The notes under the pieces: model-generated
What the model saw: the letters and a program-made list of their open reading frames with translations, nothing else
What the model was told of the DNA's origin: nothing
The model's database searches: none
Position numbers and translations under genes: made by a program
From: Octopus sinensis
Lineage: Eukaryota
Assembly (NCBI RefSeq): GCF_006345805.1
Contig: NW_021824476.1
Span: 1 to 18,642 of the forward strand
Length of the DNA stretch: 18,642 nt
Reading direction: 5' to 3'
Shown: positions 10,338 to 18,628 of the stretch, piece after piece
Layout of the letters: each line of letters starts with the position of its first letter
Numbering within the stretch: the stretch's first letter is position 1

Positions 10338-10614
10338 TGTTTTTGTTTGTTCCTTCTCGAGCCACGTCTGGCTCATAAGGGCCGGTTTCCTTAGCGCATA
10401 GGTTCCCCACCTGCACGGGACGCCGGTCCGTCGCAGGTGAGCTGCAAGATGCAGGAGGAAAGAGTCAGCAGAAGTTCGCCATTACCTTCTGCCGGAGCCG
10501 CATGGAGCTTATGTGTTTCGCTCATAAACACACATATCGCTCGGTCTGAGATTCGAACGCGTGATCCCTCGACCGCGAGTTTGCTGCTCTAACCACTAGG
10601 CCATGTGTCTCCAC
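10338..10614 (-). mobile_element. tRNA-derived SINE family B (resembles octopus OR-type SINEs)
   Basis: Minus-strand head gtggagacacatggcctagtggttagagcagc...gttcgaatctcagacc with A and B boxes, and an (AAC)-rich tail. A second copy lies at 13369-13650. Confidence 0.85.
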
Positions 10615-10616
10615 TA

Positions 10617-10869
10617 TAAATGCGCCCTTTTTAAAGGCTAGCTGGGCTCATAGGTCCATTTTCCCGGTTTTTATGGCGTATGTGTTCCCCAGCTGGACGG
10701 GACGCCAGTCCATCGCAGTGTTACTCATTTTCGCCAGCTGAGGGGACTGGAGCAACGTGAAATGAAGTGCTTTGCTCAAGAACACAACGCATCGCCCGGT
10801 CCAGGAATCGAAACCACAATATTACGATCATGGTGCTGATACCCTAACCACTAAGCCACGCGCCTCCAC
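10617..10869 (-). mobile_element. tRNA-derived SINE family C
   Basis: Minus-strand head gtggaggcgcgtggcttagtggttagggt...ggtttcgattcctggacc, then CORE-like cttgagcaaagcacttca and V-domain-like gcgatggactggcgtcccgtccag (domain names from memory). Confidence 0.85.
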
Positions 10870-11484
10870 TGTGACGACTAATGCTTCGTCTCAGCGTCGT
10901 ACTCATAGACCCAACTCTCGTCACCTGTGATGATCAACGACATGAAGGCTTTTTGTTCCATCTTCCTGCCCAGGACAAAAATCGCAGACTACAGCATACA
11001 AGTGATCACAAAAATATTAACAAATTTCACAACTTGCAAAGTAAACACAACGATATCACTCGGCACACAATTCCTCATGAAAGTCACTGCTAGCTCTCAC
11101 CGTGCACGAATCCGTGTGCTGCCACCTGTTGGCGCGCTACAGAACTAGTCCGGGAACGTTTTGATACTACTTTGTACAGAAATATGCAAACAAAAACATG
11201 CACTATTTAAGCAACAGGTACACCGTCCGAAAAAATATATATGCGTATATTTATACATACATACACATACACAAAGAACACCATTCTGTCCCCGACCTTT
11301 ACACCATAACCACGCACAGATAACTATATACCTAACTGAACACTCACAGCTTCAAAAATATTCACAAGCACATATCCATGCCCTTAAATAGCCCCCTAAG
11401 ATATATAATAGAGACATATACAATCATATATATTATATACACATTCGTACGTACAAAGCTTAAGCAACATACACAAGATACATA

Positions 11485-11701
11485 ATGGCTTCTAATTTTG
11501 CCACTAGACCAGTAATTTTTGGAGAGGGGATGAATCGATTACATCAACCCCAGTGTTCAACTGGTACTTATTTTATAGACTCCGAAAGGATGAAAGGTAA
11601 AGGCGACCTCGACGGAATTTCATATCCGAACGTAGCGACGGACGAAATACTGGTAACTATTTCGTCCGGCGCGCTAACGATTCTACCAGCTCGCCGCCTT
11701 T
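11485..11701 (-). mobile_element. SINE family E, diverged near-full copy
   Basis: Shares ctggtactta.ttt.t.gac.ccgaaaggatgaaagg.aaag.cgacctcg.cgga.ttt and gacgaaat..ctaacgattct.ccagctc with 15412-15745 and 18460-18628. Confidence 0.8.
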
Positions 11702-11829
11702 GCAAGATACATAATAGCACAGCAACTAAGAAGATTACATACACGAACAGACGCACTCGCACATAGCTATAACATATATGGATATAAACATGAATATACA
11801 CACAAGCTTACTTCCAAAACAACATAACA

Positions 11830-12220
11830 TGGTTTGGTGGAAGCACTCCGTCGGTTACGACGACGAGGGTTCCGGTTGATCCGATCAACGGAACAGCCTG
11901 CTCGTGAAATTAACGTGTAAGTGGCTGAGCACTCCACAGACACGTGTACCCTTAACGCAGTTCTCGGGGATATTCAGCGTGACACAGAGAGTGACAAGGC
12001 CGGCCCTTTGAAATACAGGTACAACAGAAACAGGAAGTAAGAGTGAGAGAAAGTTGTGGTGAAAGAGTACAGCAGGGATCACCACCATCCCTGCCGGAGC
12101 ATCGGAGAGCTTTAGGTGCTTTCGCTCAATAAACACTCACAACGCCCGGTCTGGGAATCGAAACAGCGATCCTACGACCGCAAGTCCGCTGCCCTAACCA
12201 CTGGGCCATTGCGCCCCCAC
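11830..12220 (-). mobile_element. Full-length tRNA-derived SINE family D (resembles octopus OR-type SINEs) with 11-bp TSD
   Basis: Head gtgggggcgcaatggcccagtggttagggcagcggac...gtttcgattcccagacc. Direct repeat ACAACATAACA at 11819-11829 and 12221-12231. Confidence 0.9.
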
Positions 12221-12355
12221 ACAACATAACAACATCGTTACACAACATACACCAAAATACAATTAACACACAAGAACAGACACACTAAACTAAATAGCAT
12301 CACACATACGCATACCGACACATCATAGCACACAGAGACGCAACTTCAAGGCCAA

Positions 12356-12395
<40 letters not shown>

Positions 12396-12458
12396 ACATG
12401 CAGTCATACATATGAGGCGCTAGTAATTTGCACCTAAATACAAAAACAAGCAATAACA

Positions 12459-12684
12459 CAAAGGGTGCTGAAAAATTCCTGGCTTTAAGGGTCTCGCGAA
12501 AGGCCCGGTTGTGGGCTCAACCTTCCGAGTTCTTTTACACAGGGCTTATAAAAACCGAAGAATCGCTGCAATAAGTGTGTGAATTTCAGAGGGGAAAACG
12601 TTGAATATCACGTTGAATATCACAGTTAACTGATCCTCCTGTATTTTGTTTTACGCGAACCCAAGAACTTATCAGCACCCTTCG
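12459..12684 (+). mobile_element. Mariner-derived MITE (about 226 bp) retaining the transposase 3' end
   Basis: Imperfect TIRs caaagggtgctgaaaaattcctgg / ccaagaacttatcagcacccttcg, with TA on the right. Internal QGL*KPKNRCNKCVNFRGENVE resembles the mariner C-terminus (GI.KL..RW.KC....GDYVE). Confidence 0.75.
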
Positions 12685-13094
12685 TATACCACATATAACC
12701 ATGACATACACACAAGCATATATCCATACGTACATACATGGTTGCTGTGAACTCATGCATGAGTATGACCATCATTGACAAATTATCGTATCCCAGATGG
12801 CTGTCAGCATTCTTCGTGATGAAATTTGAAGTCAATAACAGTTTACGCAACATTGCTAAGACTCTCACATGCGAAACCAAGTAGTCCAGAAGCAAGCAAG
12901 AACACAATCGCCAGGTTTGCAATGAAGCGCGTGTTATTTCGAAATTTTCTGATTCTAGAGAGATGTCTAAGCAAAGACTAGATGTCTTTCTCTACCTCTG
13001 CTGTTGGCTGAACTCTGCTGAGTTCATTTGGCCTTTGGCAGGTTTTGTATTTATTTCATCCAGCAGAATGTCCGACGAAGACCACGTTCCTTAC

Positions 13095-13143
13095 CAAGCA
13101 GGTTTGGTAGAGTTGCTGGTTTAGTCGCCGACAGCTTGGACAT
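13095..13143 (-). CDS. Candidate first coding exon (MSKLSATKPATLPNLL+G) of the repeat-protein gene
   Basis: ATG at 13143 with an in-frame TAA 7 codons upstream. It runs 49 nt to a TTG|GTAAGG donor of phase 1, matching the phase-1 acceptor at 9309. It sits in a non-repetitive island. Inference only. Confidence 0.3.
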
Positions 13144-13293
13144 ACGACCGGTTGTACTGGGTTACATGCGTCCAGCAGCAACGAGAGTGACATGATATGA
13201 ATGTATATACATAGATACATGTTCCTTTGAAACTACACCGATCAAAATGCAGTGACAGACAGAACACGTAATATATTACAATATATAGCACCA

Positions 13294-13295
<2 letters not shown>

Positions 13296-13345
<50 letters not shown>

Positions 13346-13368
13346 TACACACACACTCACTCACTCAC
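13296..13368. repeat. (CT)n(CA)n(CACT)n microsatellite
   Basis: Directly visible. Confidence 0.9.
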
Positions 13369-13650
13369 AGTGGTTAGAGCAGCGGACTCGCGGTCGAGGG
13401 ATCGCGTGTTCGAATCTCAGACCGGGTGATGTGTGTGTTTCTGAGCGAAACACCCAAGCTCCACGCGGCTCCGGCAGAACGTAATGGAGATTTTCTGCTG
13501 ACTCTTTTGCCACAACTTTCTCTCACTCTTTCCTCCTGCATCTTGCAGCTCACCTGCGACGGACCGGCGTCCCATCCAGGTGAGGAAGCTATACGCCAAG
13601 GAAACCGGGAAACCGGCCCTTATGAGCCAGGCATGGCTCGAGAAGGAACA
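13369..13650 (+). mobile_element. SINE family B, slightly 5'-truncated
   Basis: Reverse-complement homologue of 10338-10600. cactcactcac on both sides is a possible TSD within simple repeat. Confidence 0.85.
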
Positions 13651-13884
13651 CTCACTCACGCACGCACGAACGCACGCACACAAAGCCAGGCGTACTCACA
13701 GACACTCATCCATACAAGAGACACTCGAAACTGCTCTTTCTAAATTTAACAACACACGGTACAATCAGTACACAGTTGCCTGAGTGCCAGTGCGAGTAAA
13801 CAAACAATAACAAACGATACAAGCACAAGCCAAAAACACATACATATATGCATGTATCTACACGCACACACACACACATACATT

Positions 13885-14373
13885 CTTTTTCATGTTTCTA
13901 GTTTCAGTCATTAACCTAAAGCCATTCTAGGACATATTCAAGGAATTAGACCTGTGGTTCTCAACTGGGGGTCCATATGGCTCTCAGGGGTTCTATATGG
14001 CTCTCAGGGGTCTATATGTCTCCCAGGGGACCATATGGCTCTTAAGTGTTCATATGGCCCTTAGGGGTCCATGTAAGAGTTTGTTGTTAAAATTTATCTA
14101 CAATAGTATGGTGACGATTTTCAATACACAAACTATTTTTATAATATCTTAATACAATTCCCAGTAATATTTAGTTATATAGACATGACAGGATTTAAAA
14201 AATATCAGATCGTTATAAGGATAGGTGGGAGGGCATTCAAGTAAAATAGGAATCGAAGGGATCAATAGATAAAAGAAATAATTGAGAACCATTGGATTAG
14301 GCGATCGTATTGACCTCAGTAACATCATTCAGTTTGGTACGTACTTCATCGATATCTGTTTGTTGAACTGCTA
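13885..14373 (-). mobile_element. Old SINE family A tail split by a hAT MITE (pieces about 13885-13951 and 14295-14373)
   Basis: gtttcagtcatt..gccattctagg..ttag on the left joins cgatcgtattgacctcagt..tggtac..atcgat..gaactgcta on the right, colinear with family A. Confidence 0.5.
13952..14294. mobile_element. hAT/Charlie-like MITE with an internal about 20-bp tandem repeat
   Basis: TIRs CTGTGGTTCTCAAC (13952-13965) and ATTGAGAACCATTG (14281-14294), similar to Charlie CAGTGGTTCTCAA. 8-bp flanks AATTAGAC / GATTAGGC (6/8 match). About 5 copies of ggggtccatatggctctca at 13967-14073. Confidence 0.75.
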
Positions 14374-14400
14374 TATATGTATATGTATATATATATATAC

Positions 14401-14442
<42 letters not shown>

Positions 14443-14689
14443 GTGTGTGTGTGTGTGTGTGCGTATATACATATGTATATTATATATTAGGTAGAGACAC
14501 AACAGGAGCCACTCCTACTATAAATTCCTCCTATGACCTTAAACGATACTGGACCCAACCACACACATAGATTAACAGCCACAACCACACACATACACAC
14601 AGACCTGCGCGCACGCAGATACACACACATACCTCCTTCTCTTGCACTCTCATGTTTTTGAAAGAACTTTTTCTTCCCCCATTCCCTTC

Positions 14690-14915
14690 CGGTCATTTCA
14701 ATATGTGACCGCCGTGTGTATCGTTGGCGAATTTTTTTCCTCCGTGTTCCCTTCCTTGGATCTTTCCTTTTCCTATGATTCTGACGATGAGCTCCGTCCG
14801 AAACGTTAAATCCTCCTGCTTTCTTTTCTTTCCTGAGCGTCCAATAACACTATACTTGTTCCACGTCCTCGCGTTGTTGTGTTTTCTCATTGTGTTTTCA
14901 TGTTTGGATTAACTA
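14690..14915 (+). mobile_element. Penelope-like element 3' tail (pLTR-like) fragment
   Basis: Same layout as 270-452: pyrimidine tract, hammerhead-like core, ttcctgagcgt, T-rich tail, aactata running into (TA)n. Confidence 0.55.
14777..14812 (+). ncRNA. Minimal type I hammerhead-ribozyme-like motif
   Basis: GATT / CTGACGA (exact CUGANGA) / T GAGCTCCGTCC / GAAA CGTT A / AATC. Stem I is GATT:AATC and the stem III region is palindromic AACGTT. Stem II pairs poorly. Confidence 0.5.
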
Positions 14916-15001
14916 TATATATATATACATATATATATATACATACATACATATATATATATATATATTGTTATATTTCGGAATGGTCATATTGCCGGTT
15001 A

Positions 15002-15032
<31 letters not shown>

Positions 15033-15046
15033 ATATATGTATGGAT

Positions 15047-15340
15047 ACTCTTTTACTCTCTTTTACTTGTTTCAAACATTTGACTGTGGCCATGCTGGAG
15101 TACCACCTTTAGTCGAGCGAATCGACCCCAGGACTTATTCTTTGTAATCCTAGTACTTATTCTGTCGGTGTCTTTTGTCGAACCGCTAACTTACATGCAT
15201 ACACGTACACACATAAATAAGTAAATAAATAAATCTGGTACTTATTCTATCGACCTCTTTGGCCGAATTGCTTACTTAGATGAAGTGAACCAACTAAAAC
15301 CGCTGTCACGCGGCAATGGAGAGGACAAATGCAAACACAC
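15047..15340 (-). mobile_element. Two SINE family A fragments (younger 15047-15195, older about 15235-15340)
   Basis: tactcttttacttgtttc...tagtacttattctgtcggt...gaaccgctaa, then a second ctggtacttattctatcgacctctttggccgaattgct. Confidence 0.75.
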
Positions 15341-15411
15341 AGACGCAAATATATATTTGTGGTTTTTTATGTCACATAGACGCAAGTATATATATGTTTT
15401 TATCTTTTCCA

Positions 15412-15745
15412 TTAAAGGCACAAGACCCGAAATTTGGTAAGGAGGAGACTAGTGGATTAAATCGATACCAGTGTTTCACTGGTCCTTAATTTATCAACCC
15501 CGAAAGGATAAAAGGCAAAGTCGACCTCGGCGGATTTTGAACTCAGAACGTAACGGCAGACGAAATACCTATTTCTTTACTACCAACAAGGGGCTAAACA
15601 CAGAGGGGGCAAACAAGGACAGACAAATGGATTAAGTCGATTATATCGACCTCAGTGCGTGACTGGTACTTAATTTATCGACCCCGAAGGATGAAAGGCA
15701 AAGTCGACCTCGGCGGATTTTGAACTCAGAACGTAGTGACGGGCG
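15412..15745 (-). mobile_element. Two abutting SINE family E copies with different tails (about 15412-15568 and 15569-15745)
   Basis: aaaggcaaagtcgacctcggcggattttgaactcagaacgta occurs twice (about 15511-15552 and 15694-15734), preceded by unrelated tail sequences. Confidence 0.8.
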
Positions 15746-16212
15746 TAGTGATTTTCTAAGTCTGTGACCAGAAAGTTATAGATCTGAGTGTTGTACCCCC
15801 ACCCCTACACACACACCTTTCTTCCCACCTGAGTGTTGTAACCCTTTTTCCCACCACCTTATCTGGCGTTCATTAGAACTGAATTTATTTACCCTTCACA
15901 GCGGGGCTGAAAATATACATGTTTACCACAAATATGCATCCGTAAGCTTATCTCAAAATCTATGTTTATCCTAACACCAACCATATAGTGATTCTGATAA
16001 TTAATGACTTCGCGTTGCTAACAAAAGTACTGTTACGTTGTTTACGTGAATCCATTTTAGTTCTATCTGAGATTGTTTCCTATAAATAGGTGACAGTTTG
16101 GAAAAAAATCTCTAAAATGTCAGATTAAATGCCTTTCCAGCTCACAATACCCTGGGATGTTTCGAATATATACATATGTACACCACACACACAGAGACAC
16201 TCACATACACAT

Positions 16213-16285
<73 letters not shown>

Positions 16286-16387
16286 GGATAGATAGATAGA
16301 TAGATAGATAGAAAGATAGATAGATAATAGATAGATAGATGGATAGATAGATAGATAATAGATAGATATATAATAGATAGATAGATG

Positions 16388-16436
<49 letters not shown>

Positions 16437-16545
16437 ATAGAGAGCTAGAGAGATAGATAGATAGATAGATAGATATAGATAAGATAGATAGATAGATAGA
16501 TAGATAGATAAGAGTATAGATAGATAGATATATAGAGAGCTAGAG

Positions 16546-16615
<70 letters not shown>

Positions 16616-16629
16616 ATAGAGAGCTAGAG

Positions 16630-16660
<31 letters not shown>

Positions 16661-16661
16661 G

Positions 16662-16692
<31 letters not shown>
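16213..16692. repeat. About 480-bp (GATA)n array with recurring variant blocks
   Basis: Directly visible. atagagagctagagagatag recurs 3 times and aatagatagatagatggatag recurs 3 times. Confidence 0.97.
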
Positions 16693-16745
16693 ACAGATAG
16701 AATGAGAGAGAGACTGACAGACAGACTGAGACAGAAACAGAGAAG

Positions 16746-16960
16746 TAATGTCTATCGCTACTTCAACATGGCTATTCTGCAGGAATAGGCATTACTACCA
16801 TTTTAACCCCAGGAGGACGCATCCTCCAGCTGGTTATTCGATGTAGTCTGGAGGCAGGGGTGTCAACCCCTACCATCTTCCAGTCACGAGACCACTAGAC
16901 CGTACGGTTCCGAGCTCTTTGTGCTCATCCTCGATGGTGGATACTCGTCCGCTAGTGATA
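16746..16960 (-). mobile_element. Old interspersed repeat family F, second diverged copy
   Basis: Colinear conserved blocks with 5455-5690. Confidence 0.5.
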
Positions 16961-17084
16961 GAAAATAAATGACACCCATTCACTGATCATGCAGCAAGCT
17001 AATTAGCTAAGCTAGATAGATAGATACATACACATGTATTTATACATATACATGTATATATACATACACACACACATATATATT

Positions 17085-17449
17085 ACTCTTTTACTCTTTT
17101 ACTTGTTTCAGTCATTTGACTGTGGCCATGCTGAAGCACTGCCTTTAGTCGAGCAAATCGACCCCCAAGACTTATTCTTTGTATCGATTTCTTATGCCGA
17201 ACCGCTAAGTTACGGGGACGTAAACACACCAGCATCGGTTGTCAAGCGATGTTGGGGGGACAATTACAGACAAGCAAACGTACACGCACACACACACACA
17301 CATATATATACGACGGGCTTCTTTCAGTTTCCGTCTACCAAATCCATTCACAAGGCTTTGGTCAGCCCAAGGTGCCACGCAGTGGGACTGAACCCGGAAC
17401 CATGTGGTTCGCAAGCAAGCTACTTACCACATAGCCACTCCTACGCCTA
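17085..17449 (-). mobile_element. SINE family A, near full length with small internal deletions
   Basis: Head gtaggcgtaggagtggctatgtggtaagtagcttgct...gggttcagtcccactgcgtggcaccttgggc (A/B-box-like) and tail ...gactgaaacaagtaaaagagtaaaagagta. Confidence 0.9.
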
Positions 17450-17450
17450 C

Positions 17451-17516
<66 letters not shown>

Positions 17517-17540
17517 TATACATATATATACGTATATATA

Positions 17541-17599
<59 letters not shown>

Positions 17600-17615
17600 C
17601 ATATACATTACATAT
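17450..17615. repeat. (TA)n/(TG)n microsatellite
   Basis: Directly visible. Confidence 0.95.
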
Positions 17616-17850
17616 AATGGCCCTTTTCCTCTATGCAGACGGTCAGTTTAGTTTTAGAGGTCACTTTATCGAACATATCAAGGGCTCCCTTTCTTGCAGC
17701 TCCTTCCATTGCAGCGCAGCTTCTGTCACAGTACTTGCACACCAAAAGGGTGGCTCGGCGCTCAGCATTTCTGTTCTTTTCCTTTCTCCGCTGACGCTTC
17801 TCAACTTGTTTGTTTCTGTAGCCGCTTTCTATACCTATTCAGGCACGAAT
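17616..17850 (-). mobile_element. 3' fragment of an RTE-like LINE (ORF2 C-terminus and short 3' UTR)
   Basis: Minus-strand translation GIESGYRNKQVEKRQRRKEKNRNAERRATLLVCKYCDRSCAAM/RSCKKGSP* resembles the recalled RTE terminus (EKR.RRKE...C..C.R.C.S..GL.SH.R.C) with the GL.SH part deleted. It ends in a TA-rich repeat. Confidence 0.6.
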
Positions 17851-18026
17851 CTCTCTTTTTTACTTGTTTCAGTCATATTGACTGCGCCATGCTGGAGCAC
17901 CGCCTTTAGTCGAGCAAATCGATCCGGGGCTTATTCTTGTAAGCCAGTACTTATTCTATCGGTCTTTTTTGCCGAACCGCTAAGTGACGGGGATGTAAAC
18001 ACACCAGCACACAAACACACACACAT

Positions 18027-18060
<34 letters not shown>

Positions 18061-18224
18061 CGACAGGCTTCTTTCAGTTTCCGTCTACCAAATCCACTCA
18101 CAAGGCATTGGTCGGCCCGGGGCCATAGCAGAAGACACTTGCCCAAGATGCCACGCAGTGGGACTGAACCCGGAACCATGTGGTTGGTTAGCAAGCTACT
18201 TACCACACAGCCACTCCTGCGCCT
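17851..18224 (-). mobile_element. SINE family A, near full length
   Basis: Head ggcgcaggagtggctgtgtggtaagtagcttgct...gggttcagtccc, CORE-like cttgggcaagtgtctt, internal (TA)/(TG) tract and family tail. Confidence 0.9.
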
Positions 18225-18459
18225 ATATAGATTTTGTTTATTTTACAGTACAAACATATTGAGTTAGACGAATAGCAGACACAAAAACCATTAACTCACA
18301 CAACACATTCTCAACATAGTCACCACCAACACATACAAGATGTACCCTACAAATTTCACCAACAACACATACAACACATAATCCTCATAATCACCGCCAG
18401 TAATCTGTAACGTTTACCTATGTTAATGGCAATCTCTAACATAAACACAAAACACGAAA

Positions 18460-18628
18460 TTTGCGAAAGGAGATAATCGTTTAAATCGACCTCAGTGCTT
18501 AACGGTACTTTATTTTATCCAACCCGAAAGGTTAAAAGGTAAAGTCGACCTCGGCGGTATTTGAACTCAGAACGGACGAAATGCCCCTAAGCATTTTCCC
18601 CCGGTGTGCTAACGATTCTGCCAGCTCA
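18460..18628 (-). mobile_element. SINE family E
   Basis: aaagtcgacctcggcggtatttgaactcagaacggacgaaatgcccctaagcatttt...gctaacgattctgccagctc. Confidence 0.85.

Larger units (their letters stand above)
9719..11174 (-). mobile_element. Mariner (Tc1/mariner) DNA transposon, defective and internally deleted, with a nested SINE insertion
   Basis: 32-bp TIRs at 9719-9750 and 11143-11174 (5 mismatches), flanked by TA at 9717-9718 and 11175-11176. Transposase remnants IITGDESWVYEYDAETKH*SSQ, WKSPSSPRPKK, MLFVVFDIRGIVYREFIPQSQTVTQKFY, HPP.YSPD, KVQLKGRRF...FQKWQERQERCMIVQDDYFEG, with stops and frameshifts. Confidence 0.93.

Noticed and set aside
10540-13425. tRNA-like sequences at about 10540-10614, 10795-10869, 12145-12220 and 13369-13425 as tRNA genes
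   Set aside because: Each continues into a SINE body and tail, some with TSDs. They are SINE heads.
15788-15842. Direct repeat ctgagtgttgta about 41 bp apart
   Set aside because: It is too short and encloses only low-complexity sequence, so a local slippage duplication is sufficient.
17034-18267. 205-aa and 216-aa plus-strand ORFs
   Set aside because: They run antisense through SINE A copies, a LINE fragment and microsatellites.
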